Under the pieces are notes generated by a model. That model had not been told where the DNA came from. It made no database searches and worked only from the letters and a program-made list of their open reading frames with translations. The translations under genes and the position numbers were made by a program. Below are positions 37,301-50,794 of a stretch of DNA of 64,000 nucleotides, piece after piece. Each line of letters opens with the position of its first letter. Position 1 is the stretch's first letter. Source of the DNA: Octopus vulgaris. Taxonomy: Eukaryota. The stretch lies in contig OX597818.1 of the NCBI GenBank assembly GCA_951406725.2, positions 142,104,001 to 142,168,000 on the forward strand, given 5' to 3'.

Positions 37301-40300
37301 TGATAGCTCTAAACTGCTAGCAGTTAAGATAATAGACGCATGCTTTCTATCAATAATAGTACCACAGGCAATAATCCAGAAGAAAAAAAATAACAAGATT
37401 AGTAGGGTTTCTTATAAGGTATATGTAGATTGGGCAAAGCAAGAAAGAACAATGTATTCACGTTTAACATTAATGCAAGAAAGAAAGAAACGAACATCTA
37501 TATTCTCAGGGAGGTCCTTATATACCCCTTTACCCAGCTTCAAATCGAAACTGTGCAAGCAGAGGTCGAATGACATAAAATGAATGTGCTTACAGTTTGG
37601 CAGGATTAAAGAAAGCATTCAATTTTTTTCCTCCCCATTTATATGTTAGAAGCACTTTGATTTGCTAGAATTCCAGAGACAATAATCTAAGCTGTAGACA
37701 ACTAAATGCAGGAAGTAATTTTGCCTCTTAAGGTAAAGAATCACAGGAGGCAGTGCTTCTGTAATGTTATTTGTATTGAAGTGAATGCCTTATTTTTATT
37801 GAAGAAATGTGAAAGGTAAAGGTGTGTGATTGGGCTCCAAGAATGCAAAAACATTAACCCAATACTAAGCTTTTTTGAAAATGCATTGAAAGCATATCCC
37901 CAAAATATGACTAATATGAGAAAGAGCCACAACCTGGTTATGACATTCTCATATGATATTAGTACAAAGTTTGGATAAAATAGATGTTCCTACCTGATTG
38001 CAGGTAGGAATACAGAAACAGCTATCTATCATCTGCAAACTAGTGTTTCTCTCTCTATTTTTCCTATATCTGATGAGGAAGAGATGGATGAAATTTATAT
38101 CCTATGATGGCATTTGCCACAAGGATCATATATCCAGGATATATTACATCTCAGGGAACAAAATAAGGCCCTTGAAGCTCTCTGCACACAATAAACCAAT
38201 AGTCCATAACATATGTGTTTTCTGTACCGATACTCAAATTAACAGTTGGTTTACTAAATAGAAGGGATCAATGCTATTGATAGTAAAACCTCAGACACTA
38301 GTAAATACCTATTTCTTTATTACCCACAAGGGGCTAAACACAGAGGGGACAAACAAGGACAGACATAGGTATTAAGTTGATTACATCGACCCCAGTGCGT
38401 AACTGGTACTTAATTTATCGACCCCGAAAGAATGAAAGGCAAAGTTGACCTCAGCAGAATTTGAACTCAGAACGTAGCGGCAGACGAAATACCTATTTCT
38501 TTATTACCCACAAGGGGCTAAACACAGAGGGGACAAACAAGGACAGACATAGGTATTAAGTTGATTACATCGACCCCAGTGCGTAACTGGTACTTAATTT
38601 ATCGACCCCGAAAGAATGAAAGGCAAAGTTGACCTCAGCAGAATTTGAACTCAGAACGTAGCGGCAGACGAAATACCTATTTCTTTATTACCCACAAGGG
38701 GCTAAACACAGAGGGGACAAACAAGGACAGACATAGGTATTAAGTTGATTACATCGACCCCAGTGCGTAACTGGTACTTAATTTATCGACCCCGAAAGGA
38801 TGAAAGGCAAAGTCGACCTCAGAAGAATTTGAACTCAGAACGTAGCGACAGACGAAATACCTATTTCTTTATTACCCACAAGGGGCTAAACACAGAGGGG
38901 ACAAACAAGGACAGACATAGGTATTAAGTTGATTACATCGACCCCAGTGCGTAACTGGTACTTAATTTATCGACCCCGAAAGAATGAAAGGCAAAGTTGA
39001 CCTCAGCAGAATTTGAACTCAGAACGTAGCGACAGACGAAATACCTATTTCTTTATTACCCACAAGGGGCTAAACACAGAGGGGACAAACAAGGACAGAC
39101 ATAGGTATTAAGTTGATTACATCGACCCCAGTGCGTAACTGGTACTTAATTTATCGACCCCGAAAGGATGAAAGGCAAAGTCGACCTCGGCAGAATTTGA
39201 ACTCAGAACGTAGCGACAGACGAAATACCTATTTCTTTATTACCCACAAGGGGCTAAACACAGAGGGGACAAACAAGGACAGACATAGGTATTAAGTTGA
39301 TTACATCGACCCCAGTGCGTAACTGGTACTTAATTTATCGACCCCGAAAGAATGAAAGGCAAAGTTGACCTCAGCAGAATTTGAACTCAGAACGTAGCGA
39401 CAGACGAAATACCTATTTCTTTATTACCCACAAGGGGCTAAACACAGAGGGGACAAACAAGGACAGACATAGGTATTAAGTTGATTACATCGACCCCAGT
39501 GCGTAACTGGTACTTAATTTATCGACCCCGAAAGAATGAAAGGCAAAGTTGACCTCAGCAGAATTTGAACTCAGAACGTAGCGTCAGACGAAATACCTAT
39601 TTCTTTATTACCCACAAGGGCTAAACACAGAGGGGACAAAGAAGGACAGACATAGGTATTAAGTCGATTACATCGACCCCAGTGCGTAACTGGTACTTAT
39701 TTAATCGACCCCGAAAGGATGAAAGGCAAAGTCGACCTCAGCAGAATTTGAACTCAGAACGTAGCGACAGACGAAATACCTATTTCTTTATTACCCACAA
39801 GGGGCTAAACACAGAGGGGACAAACAAGGACAGACATAGGTATTAAGTTGATTATATCGACCCCAGTGCGTAACTGGTACTTAATTTATCGACCCCGAAA
39901 GAATGAAAGGCAAAGTTGACCTCGGCGGAATTTGAACTCACAACGTAACGCAGACGAAATACCGCTAAGCATTTCACCCGGCGTGCTAACGTTTCTGCCA
40001 GCTCGCCGCCTAATAAATACCACTATTTCTATATCAATTACCTTTGTCTAAAAAAAAAAAACAAGAAGATAGAAAAATTTAGAATTGAGTCAACCAATTT
40101 GTCAAATAATATTCCTTTAACAGCTTCTAATAAGTATTAATCACCACAGGACATTCACAGAACATGAGAAATTGGCACATATTCTAATTTTAATACTGGA
40201 ACTGTTATTTTAAATGTACATTTGTGATTAATGTGGTACATGATTATGTCACTAACTGCCCCTGTACCAGTTTTGAGAAGTCGGGCTTCACAAAACCAGA

Positions 40301-41098
40301 AAGGACACAGCTAATTAGAAAACTGCAGTTACAAAGCTGTTAATGAAATTATAACAAATATGTAAAAATAAAAAAAATTTTTTTCCAGAACTTTAGCCAG
40401 CAGTATGTACAAATAAACGCATACAGACATGCAAACGTATATATACATAAGTCAAAGTATACATATGTACACATGCAATGACTTGCATGCATGCAAACAC
40501 ACACACACACACACATAATAACTACCTAGGTGATGTCTGAATTCAAATGAAAGAAGTCGTGTTTCCGGGTTGGAGATTGGCTCTTTCTCCATTAGAAATA
40601 TTCGCAAATAAAACCAAAAGAACATAAATACATACATACATTGGTTTTATATTATTCTTGAAATATAATTTATATTTCTCAAAAGAACAGAGAAATAATA
40701 AGTTTCCTGAAGATTTCATGCAAAAACAGTAGGGTGAGGTTTTTTTCTTTTTATATATATATATAAAAACATGATTCTGATGAAGTGATGGAAGGGAAAC
40801 AACTTATGATGGCTTGATACAATAGATAGTCATGATGTTGTCTGTAGACAAGAAAAGGTCCCATGAATTTCTTTTTGTGTGTGTTTTGTTTCTTTTTTGT
40901 GGTTTTTTTTCTACTTTTTTAGCACTTTTGTTTTTTCTATGAGAAACTAATAATTTGGACAATTCAAAACAAGATCAATTTTTTGGAGTAACAGTAGTAG
41001 TCGTAGTATTTCTTTTATTATTATTATATTTTTTCTATTTGGCTCAAGCCAGTAATTCTTTTTTTAAAAAGAAGGGTTAAGTTGATACCCTCAACCCC
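31367..41098. repeat. Tandem duplication: copy 1 31367-35880, copy 2 35881-~41098
   Basis: Near-identical sequence at an offset of ~4514-4517 (identical ORFs 32315/36832). The copies differ mainly in the central SINE array. Confidence 0.92.
38310..40010 (-). repeat. Tandem array of nine 184-bp SINE bodies behind a single SINE 5' end
   Basis: AAATACC recurs at 38303 + 184n through 39591, then 39774. One 5' end at about 39960-40010. Confidence 0.95.
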
Positions 41099-41800
41099 TG
41101 TACTTGACTAGCACTTTATTTTATCAACCCCCGAAAGGGTGAAAGGCAAAGTTGACCCCAGCTGGATTAGAACTCAAAACATGAAGAGCCAGAACAAATA
41201 CCATAAGGTATTTTTTTTACCGATACTCTAATGGTTCTGCCAATCTACCACCTAAGTAGTAGTAGTAGTAGTAGTAATAACAGTATCACCTGCTGCAACA
41301 GTATTAGTATTAATATCAAAAGTAATAGTAGTAAACTAGATGTTGTTGTTCTGCCCCAGGTCAAACGCAATTGACTAAACTTATGATCAACAGCATTCCA
41401 ACTATGACCATCCCATCCGTTTCCTTTTTTTTTTTCTAGTGAAGTATGCTGTTCGTAGTGCCCCAGCATGGCCACAGCCCTTGAGCTGGAACTAGTAAAA
41501 AAAGTCAAAAGAAGTAAGTATATTGAAACACATTCGTTAATCATTACAGGTGTCTCTCCTTGTTTTAATATAAGACAGTGGAGTGTTTTGATTTCGGGGT
41601 TGGACCCTGACTGGTTTTCTAAAATGTTGAATGTCTGTGTAGATGATCCATAGTTGACTAGTAGTAGTAGTAGTAGAAGTAGTAGTAATAAATGGGCATA
41701 CAAATAAAGACAACAAAATAATTGAAATAATGTTTGATTGTTATTTTTGGTTTTTTGGTTTTTGTCCCAAACCCACCCCGCCCCTTTTTCCAATCCCAGT

Positions 41801-41948
41801 TCAATTATCAGAAGAATTCCTTGATGAAGAGCTCCTGCGATTCTTTTCCTTATGGCTGTCTACTTGATCCATTGTCAAAGATGCGTCTTCCTTTACGTAA
41901 GATTCTGGCAGTTCTAAAATAACCACTTTTCGCAGAACTTCTACCCAC
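41801..41948 (-). CDS. FGD: FGD-family RhoGEF, terminal coding exon (PH2 C-terminal helix and tail)
   Basis: ttcag|G TGG GTA GAA... gives (K)WVEVLRKVVILELPESYVKEDASLTMDQVDSHKEKNRRSSSSRNSSDN*. Completes the phase-2 codon from 44998. Confidence 0.9.
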
Positions 41949-42397
41949 CTGAATAAAGAAACACAATCACAAGAAAAGGAGATAAATTAAGGTTGAAACT
42001 AATTAATTAATTTAGGCTGAAACTAATTAATATTTTATTCCAATATAATAGTGACTGTTTTAACAACAACAATAAAATTTAAAAATTAAATTTATTGAAA
42101 ATTATCAGGTGCCGGCATGGCTGTGTGGACCTAAGTGTGGATATACGGTAAGAAGCTTGCTTCCCAACCACATGGTTCCAGGTTCAGTTGCACTGTGTGG
42201 CACTTAGGGCAAGTGTCCTTTACTTTAGCCTCAGGCTGACCAAAGCCTTGTGAGTAGATTTGGTAGATGGAAACCGAAAGAAGCCCAATGTGTGTGTGTA
42301 TATATATATATATATACATCTAATATAGGATAAAATTTTTAGAAAAAAATATTTATCAATGGGCCACATATTAAAAAATACCTTAAAAGGTTAAATT

Positions 42398-42591
42398 TAT
42401 AAACAACTTATAAACAAAGGTAAAAGAAAAAATTTCTAATGCCAAATATGCCGAAACTAGACAAGTCGTCCATAACCATATAATTCATCACGTGCTTATA
42501 GTGATGAATTATATGGTTATGGACGATGTGTCTAGTTTCGGCATATTTGGCAATAGAAATTTTTTTCTTTTGCCCTTGTTTATAAGTTGTT

Positions 42592-42595
<4 letters not shown>
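42398..42595. repeat. Fold-back: ~94-bp inverted arms with 9-nt spacer, inside the (TA)n of a SINE
   Basis: 42398-42491 is the reverse complement of 42501-42595 with a few mismatches. Confidence 0.92.
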
Positions 42596-42632
<37 letters not shown>

Positions 42633-44236
42633 ATGTGTGTCTAATTGTCTCCCACCACTGCTTGATAACTGGCATTGTCCCTTAACTTAACAGTTCGGCA
42701 AAAGAGACCGATAGAATAAGTTCCAGGCTTAGCAAAAAAATAAAGTACTGGGATCAACTCATTCAACTAAGCATGGCCAAAGCCTAATGACTGAAACAAG
42801 TAAAAGATAAAAGAACTTGTCAGATCCTTGCTCAAAAACAAAAACTTGCGTAATCAATTAATGGCAAAATACCAATGATGGATATATTTAAGCCTTTGGC
42901 ATTCAAACCAGCTATAACCAGCCCATACATTCTACCTCTCTTATGTACAAACTGGTTAGATGTAGCCTCTCACAGCTACCCTACAATATCTTTCTAAATA
43001 TAAACAATTACATCAACGAAATCTTGGAGCTACAAGGTAGTACGTGATTAATTCAAAATAATGTGAATCAATAAGTATTACATTTAAATAAATAATCTGA
43101 AATCTAAACGATTAAAAATTAATGCATGGGTATTATAGGTCTGAGTCGAAAATGTGCCTGAAATTTATTGATGGTGTTGTTGCAGCTGTCTTTGCCCGAT
43201 CTTCTTGAAACAGCCCCAGGTTGGAATGCGGCCATAATATTTAATTCTATATCAACTCTGATCCAGTAAATCTATAACCAAAGACTGACCGTCATGACCA
43301 AGCCATTTTCTTTCTGAGATATCGTCATCATCATCGTTTAATGTCCACCTTCCATGCTAGCATGGGTTGGATGATTTGACTGAGGGCTGGCGAACCAGAT
43401 GGCTGCACAATGCTTCAATCTTGATCTGGCAGAGTTTCTACAGCTGGATGCCCTTCCTAACGTCAACCACTCCGAGAATGTAGTGGGTGCTTTTACGTGC
43501 CACCAGCACGGGGCCAGTCAGATGGTACTGGCAACGACCTCGCTCAAATCTTTTACACATGCCAGTAAGGCGATGCTGGTAATGATCACGCTCGAATGGT
43601 GCCTTTTATGTGCCACTGGAACGGAAGCTGGTTAGCCGCTCTGTCAACAATCACACTCGTATGGTGCTCTTTGCACCCCGCTAGCATGGATGCCAGTCAT
43701 CGAATTTGATTTTGATCTAGACAACATTATCTAATCTTGTCCAGGATGTGATTTAAGGGTGATTTGGCTGCTGAGTCTAACAAATTGAGTAACCACATAG
43801 CAGCTCCCTAGTTTGCAAGGAGAAAATTAAATATGCCGCAAACACAAAACACAGCACACATACAACTGATAGAATGCAAAGTTAACTCACTAAAACCAAT
43901 TTGATACCAGCCTACCTGAGGCTGCTCCTGGTTTTATAATATAAGTTTACAATTTAAATTAAAAGCTTCCATCAAAATTCCTTGTTAATTTTATGTTCCA
44001 AACACCATTTTAATATTGATATTATACAAAATTCTTCATTGTTTTCAAAATTAATTGAAACAGATGCAGTATATTTCAACAGAAGAATGCTAATGCAAAG
44101 TTGAAAATCTTTACATTTCTGCCAAAAACTATCAGTAAATCATATCAATAAAGCAACGGGACTAATGATTGATAGAATGTATAGTTCCTGGATGTATTAG
44201 CAAAACCTATAGTTAATGTATAGCTTAGATCTAGAA

Positions 44237-44516
44237 CAAGGGTTCTCAACCATGGACCCTCGTAACTGTTCAATGTTTAAAAACTAGTTTTATAGACCCT
44301 TCTTTCAAAATTCCTATTTTGCTTTACACACATCAACTTGTGTAAGTTGAACTATGTAAAATATTAGAGAAAGAAACCAAGCTGTTTCTTGCAATACATA
44401 CCAAAATTTTTTTTTTAAGGGCTCCTTAAAATACTGTTGTGAATCCCCAATTTAACATTTTGTTGCATGGACCCCTTCCCCCAAATTCTTATATGGACCC
44501 CAGCTGAGAACTATTG
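44237..44516. mobile_element. hAT (Charlie-like) MITE
   Basis: CAAGGGTTCTCAAC...GCTGAGAACTATTG termini, ATCTAGAA left flank, homologous to 57007-57355. Confidence 0.7.
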
Positions 44517-44997
44517 AGCTAGGGCACCGTTTTGAAGAATTTTAACCGAACAAATCAACCCCTGAATTTCTTTTTATTCTGTTGGTCTCTTTTGCTGAAC
44601 TGTTAATAAGTAATTGTATTGTCTCTTAAGGTAAAGAATCGTAGGAGACTGTGCTTCTGTAATGTTGTTTGTATCGAAGTGAACCTCTTATTTTATTGAA
44701 GAAATCTGCAAGATATAAAGACACCAACACTGGTTGTCCAGTGGTGTAATGGGGAACAAACACAGACACATAGGCACAAACACACACACATATATATATA
44801 CAAGGGGCTTCTTCACAAGGTGTTGGTCAGCCTGAGGCTCTAGTAAAAGACACTTGCACAAGGTGCTATGCAGTGGGACTGAACCTGAAACCATGTGGTT
44901 GAGAACCAAACTTCTTATCACACTTCTTATCACACAGCCATAATAAATTCGATAACTACTGTTAATAAATTAATTATTTAATTACTGAAACACTTAC

Positions 44998-45155
44998 TTT
45001 TGCAGTTGCTGGTCACTTTCAGCCTTAAAATAGTGTACTTGTTGTTCTCTTTGACTAAGTTTAAAGACATGTGTTCGGTCTACTATAGGATCATTTTCAT
45101 CTATCACAGTGACTGTATAACCTGGTAATGGCATCGTTGACAGAGCATAGCCATC
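44998..45155 (-). CDS. FGD: FGD-family RhoGEF exon (PH2, second part)
   Basis: ttccag|GAT...AA|gtaagt. Reads DGYALSTMPLPGYTVTVIDENDPIVDRTHVFKLSQREQQVHYFKAESDQQLQ (FGD PH2 D..A...PLxGY motif). Confidence 0.93.
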
Positions 45156-45489
45156 CTGGAAGGAAAAAAAGGATGAAAAGAAAGACAATGAGTTACAAAG
45201 CTATCATGAATATCATTTAATATATTTTAGACAAAGCTTGGCTATTATAGAGGCAGAATCAAGTAAAGGAGGGGAACAAGAAAAGGGACACTGCATAATA
45301 CTGCAGGATGTTATGGACATCAACTAATATATGTGATTGATATGAAATGAATAATAAAAGTCTCCTTATACTGTTTAAAGTTCAGATCCCAACATGATTA
45401 TATTTACTTTGCTCTGCAGACAATAAAATAAGTACCAGTTATATACTTGTGTATTCAGCAATTATTATTATATACCAGGGTAGGAAATC

Positions 45490-46630
45490 ATCATCATTAT
45501 TATTATTATTATTATTATTATTACTAGGGCAGCAAGCTGGCAGAATCGTTAGCATGCTGGACAAAATGCTTAGTGGGTTCAAATTCTACCGAGGTTGACT
45601 TTGCCTTTTATCCAATCAGGATAGATAAAATAAGTACCAGTCAAGCATGAGGTTCAATCTAATTGGCTAGTGCCTTCCCCAAATTTTAGGCCTTGTGCCT
45701 ATAGCAGAAAGAATTATTATTATTGAGAGAGCAGCACATTCTATCAAAGTGACCCTGGGATACAAATATATGAAGCTCAATATACCCTTCATGACTACCT
45801 GTCTGATAAGGGTGCACCAGGTACATTATTATTATCATCATCATCATTATTATTATTATTATTATCATTATTATTATTATCATCATTATTATTATCATTA
45901 TTAAGGCAGCGAGCTGGCAGAATCATTAGCACATTGGACAAAATGTTTAATGGTATTTCGCCCATCACTTTGTTCTGAGTTCAAATTCCACCGAGGTCGA
46001 TTTTGCCGTTCATCCTTTCAGGGTTGATTAAATAAGTACCAGTTATGCACTGGGAAGGAGGGGTCAATGTAATCAACTTATCCCCGCCCCACAAATTCCA
46101 GACCTTATGCCTATAACAGAAAAGATTATTATCATTATTATGATTAAGGTGGTGAGTGAGCAGAATCATTAGCACACTGGATGAAATGCTTAATGGTATT
46201 TTGCCAATCATTACGTTCTGAGTTCAAATTCCACCAAGGTTGACTTTGCCTTTCGTCCTTTTGGGTTTGATAAATTAAGTACTAGTCAAGTACTGGGTTC
46301 AATGTGATCCCCCTCCCTCAAATTCCTGGCCTTGGGCCTATAGTAAAAAGGATTATTATTATTATTATTATTATTATTATTGTTGTTGTTGTTAAGGTGG
46401 TGAGCTGACAGAATTGTTAAGATGCCAGGCAAAACGCTTAGCAGCATTTCGTCTGTCTTTACAGTCTGAGTTCAAATTCCACCAAGATTGGCTTTGTTTT
46501 TCATCCTTTTGGGGATGATAAAATAAGTACCAGTTGCATACTGGGGTCAATGTAATTGACTAGCCCCCTCCTCCAAATTTCAGGCCTTGTGCTTATAGTA
46601 GAAAGGATTATTGTTATTATTATTATTAGG
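45490..46630 (+). repeat. Chain of four SINEs interleaved with (ATT)n microsatellites
   Basis: Heads near 45528, 45905, 46148 and 46395, each preceded and followed by ATT-type repeats. Confidence 0.88.
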
Positions 46631-48577
46631 GTGGGGGACAGGCAAAATCAGGGTGTTGGACATAATGTCAGGATTTGAATTCAGAACATAGATTGTGAAG
46701 AACAGAAGAAATTCCACAAGATGAGTTCAAATTCCATTGAGATCAACTTTGGCTTTCATTGTTTCAGGGTTGTTAAAATAGGACACTAAATCAGAACATT
46801 AAATAAGCTATATCCCATTGTCTCAGTGTCCTATCTATAGGACACCGAGTATTTCCATTTCTACTTGAAGTAAAGGAGTTTTAATAATTATTTATTTCAT
46901 TTTAACCTATTTTCAATCATCTGCAAAAATTTTAAAGTAATATTCAGAAATTTAAGTACTCTGGGACTTAATGAGTTAAGCCTTGGACTTGATGATACTA
47001 ACTTACTCCCCCATCAAAAATTGCTGATCTTGTGTCTAAATCAGAAACTTAGTGAGCTGGAAGAATTTTTCAAGCATCAGAAGGAATGCTTTGTGGCATT
47101 CATTATGGCTTTTTACATTCTGAGTTCAAATCTTGTCATGGTCAACTTTGCCTCTTGTCCCTGTGAGGGTTATTAAAATAAAGTACAGATCAAGTCCTGG
47201 AGTCGATGAAATTGATTAACTCCCCCCCCCCCCACTAAACTGCTGGCCTGGTGCCAACATTTGAAACTATTACAGCAAAGAATGTTATGTGGTGAACAAG
47301 GCTGAAAGGATTGAGGAAAGACCGCTTCCCCTTCAGTCAAGCCCTCATCAACTTTTTTAAACCAAACTGAGGCACCGTTTTCAAAATATACAGAGAATTT
47401 CTTTCATCATCATCATCATCATTTAACGTCCGTTTTCGGTGCTAGCACGGGTTGGACGGTTCAACTGGGGTCTGGGAAGCCAGGTGGCTGCACCAGGCTC
47501 CAGTCTGATCTGGGAGTGTTTCTACAGCTGGATGCCCTTCCTAACGCCAACCACTCCGTGAGTGTAGTGGGTGCTTTGTATGTGCCACCAGCACAGGTGC
47601 CAGGGGCGGCTAGCAGCAGTCATGATCAGTTGGTGCTTTTTACATGCCACTGGCACAGAAGCCAGTCAAGGTGGCGCTGTTCCAATAATTACTTTTTCAA
47701 TTAAATATTAGTGTCAAATATTTCTCCCCCAATTTAGGTGATAGCATAATGGCAGAGTGTGGGGTAGACATAAAAAATACCCTTATATGTCTTTAGATTG
47801 GTTTTTAATTTTTCACATAGTAAAATATGTAATTATTATTATCAACAATGCAACAATAATAAAGAATAACAGAAATAATCATTGTCATCATTTAACGTCC
47901 ATTTTCCATGCTGGGATGGGTTGGATGGTTTGACAGGAGCTGGCCAACCAGAGCTGCACCAGGCTCCAATTGTCTGTTTTGGCATGGTTTCTAGGGCTGG
48001 ATGCTCTTCCTAATGTCAACCACTTTACAAAGTGTAATGGGTGTTTGTTTACATGGCACCAGCACCAGTGCTCTGTACATGTAACCAGCATGGGTGCTTT
48101 ATATATGGCACCTGCACAGGTCTTTTATACATAGCACCTGCAAGGGTACTTTTTAAGTTTTTGGAAGCACTCCGTCGGTTACGACGATGAGGGTTCCGAA
48201 TGATCCGAATCAAAGGAACAGCCTGCTCGTGAAATTAACGTGTAAGTGGCTGAGCACTCCACAGACACGTGCACCCTTAACGTAGTTCTCGGGGATATTC
48301 AGCGTGACACAGAGAGTGACAAGGCCGGCCCCTTGAAATACAGGTACAACAGAAACAGGAAGTAAGAATGAAAGAAAGGTGTAGTGAAAGAGTACAGCAG
48401 GGATCAACACCATCCCCTGCCGGAGCCTCGTGGAGCTTTTAGGTGTTTTCGCTCAATAAACACTCACAACGCCCGGTCTGGGAATCGAAACCGCGATCCT
48501 ATGACCGCGAGTCCGCTGCCCTAACCACTGGGCCATTGCGCCTCCACTTTCTAAGTAGAAACCTATTCAATAATTAC

Positions 48578-48706
48578 CTGGTTACTTTTGAAAATGTACA
48601 TGACAAAATTATCATGCACGGAAAAAAATCGTCTGCACCAGCTCTTACAATGGTCTGTACTTATATGTAGGTAGCCACACTGGACATTAGGTTCAGTAGC
48701 TTTACA
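48578..48706 (-). CDS. FGD: FGD-family RhoGEF exon (PH2, first part)
   Basis: tttcag|TGT...CAG|gtaatt, 129 nt. Reads CKATEPNVQCGYLHISTDHCKSWCRRFFSVHDNFVMYIFKSNQ. This frame is not in the ORF track. Confidence 0.9.
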
Positions 48707-48824
48707 CTGAAATAAAAAGAAAAGTGCAGAATGTTACAAATAAAAAATGACAGAATATCATCAATTTTACATCTTTTTTTTTTTTCGAAACCTGCAATGA
48801 GGTCTTGAAAAGTCTTAGCAACTT

Positions 48825-49201
48825 TACAATGTGTGAAAAGTCTGGCTGCATCCGAAAAAATATATATTATAAAACAAAAATAAACACAAAATTTATTACA
48901 CGAATCTGTTACCACCACGACAGTCAACTATTTGACGCCGAACACGAGTTTGATGTTGAATACATCCACAAATTTTCCGCTCGGATAGCTCTTCCCAAGA
49001 CTGCAAGACGGCTTTGTGCAATTTATGCCTCGTTGTAGGGTTTTTCAGTTCAACTTTGAATATGCCTTCATCTAATGGATTCCACGTGTAAACATGTGTT
49101 GAATAGAACTCACTGAATAAATCTTAATTAACTGTGTTGTCAATTGTATGCACCTGACATATGCTAACGTGTATGCAGCCAGACTTTTCACACAGAGGAT
49201 A
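48825..49201. mobile_element. MITE with 22-bp perfect inverted repeats (Tc1/mariner-like)
   Basis: TGTGTGAAAAGTCTGGCTGCAT (48830-48851) and ATGCAGCCAGACTTTTCACACA (49173-49194), with TA just outside each. Confidence 0.7.
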
Positions 49202-50069
49202 AGATTGAGTGTCTTTATCTTTAAAATTTTTCCTGACGCTAATTCTTGAGACATTGTCAGCTAGCTTGTATCAGTATATATTAGGAGTTATAGTACTCCT
49301 AGATGGGTTGCTTACAATGAAGTTTGTAGAGACCACGTTTCTTTCATTTGTTCTTTTTTTTACTCCCCATTCAGAAAAATGTTTGCATAAAAAAAACACA
49401 CATACACACATTCAATTAACTCTTAATTGCTTTTAATTAAAATAAAATCAAAAAAACTATAATACTTTGATATATCAAAGAGGAGAACTTGTGTGTTTAT
49501 TTGAGATGACAATGGCTAAAAATTGACTGGGGTATTTACTCAGAGTTTATTCATCATCATCGTTTAACGTCCGTTCTCCATGCTAGCATGGGTTGGACGG
49601 TTCGACCGGGGATCTGGGAAGCCAGGAGGCTGCACCAGGCTCCAGTCTTATCTGGCAATGTTTCTACAGCTGGATGCCCTTCCTAAAGCCAACCACTCCG
49701 TGAGTGTAGTGGGTGCTTTTTACGTGCCACCCGCACAGGTGCCAGGCGAGGCTGGCAACGGCCACGGTCGGATTGGTGCATTTTACGTGCCACCGGCACG
49801 GAAGCCAGTCAAGGCGGCACTGGCTTCAGCCACGATTCGGATGGTGCTTTTTACGTGCCACCGACACGGAAGCCAGTCGAGGCGGCGCTGGCATCGGCCA
49901 CGATTCGGATGATGCTTTTTACGTGCCACCAGCACGGAAGCCAGTCGTAAAATCATTATTCAGCTAATACTACTAAGACAAATTAAAAATCAGTCCTTCA
50001 TGATGAAAATAAAGAATTTTGTAGTGGTGATTAGTTACAGGTGGTACTAATAGCAGTGGTTGAAACGAT

Positions 50070-50380
50070 GGTGTGAGGTAGTAGTAGTAGTAGTAGTGAT
50101 GTGGCGTGAGAAATGGTCATAAAGAGATTGTGATATTGACAGATATAATAATGGATGAGCTGGTGTTAGTGGTAGAGTGGATGGTGATGGTGGTGGTGGT
50201 GGTGAAAGTACAATTGGTGATGCTGATGGTAGTACTGGTGGTACACTGAATGGTGGAGGTGGTGGTGATAAAGAAAGTACAGTGGGTGACAGCAGAATTG
50301 ACAATAGTGAAAATACAGGTAGTGGTAGTGGTGAGAGTAGAGGTTTTGATAAACATGGTGGTGGTGGTGGTGGTGGTGAT
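50070..50380. repeat. (GGT/AGT)n low-complexity tract
   Basis: Degenerate trinucleotide repeats that yield poly-G, poly-P and poly-T ORFs. Confidence 0.85.
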
Positions 50381-50641
50381 GTATATTTTATAAAACCCAA
50401 AACTATAATTATTATCAAAATAATGTTAATGAGATAATCGTTAAAGTTTGCATGGTAGTTGTTGTTTAGCACCAGGTCATCCTTGACTGAGCAAAACCGA
50501 TGATCACAGACTTTCTAATTTTAATTATCCCATCTTTTATGTATGCAAAACAACCAAAAGAAACAAAAAAAAAAAATGAAAAGAAAAAAAAAATAAACAT
50601 CTATCCAATAAGCAAAATAAATAAAGTATTGGCATAATTAC

Positions 50642-50794
50642 CTCTAAAATATTTCTCTTCTCATATGGGGATTCTCCGTTGTTCCTAGTGACAACAGCAT
50701 CCAACATTTCAAAACATTTGTCACAAACTCTGTTTAGTTTATTATCATCGTACAGTAGAGGAAGTTTTCGAGATGAACATTTTCCACACACGAC
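50642..50794 (-). CDS. FGD: FGD-family RhoGEF exon (FYVE C-half and linker)
   Basis: ttacag|GTC...GAG|gtaatt, 153 nt. Reads VVCGKCSSRKLPLLYDDNKLNRVCDKCFEMLDAVVTRNNGESPYEKRNILE. Confidence 0.95.

Noticed and set aside
41245-41793. 182-aa Leu-rich ORF just after the FGD stop codon
   Set aside because: Poly-Leu comes from (TAG)n repeats and the ORF crosses repeat fragments. It is presumed 3' UTR.
48470-48546. tRNA gene
   Set aside because: A/B boxes are present, but the sequence continues into a SINE body repeated at 7797, 63600 and elsewhere, and no proper acceptor stem is evident.
50047-50472. Proline-rich (formin/extensin-like) or glycine-rich ORFs
   Set aside because: Product of a degenerate (GGT)n tract within an FGD intron. 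The flanking exons join in frame without it.
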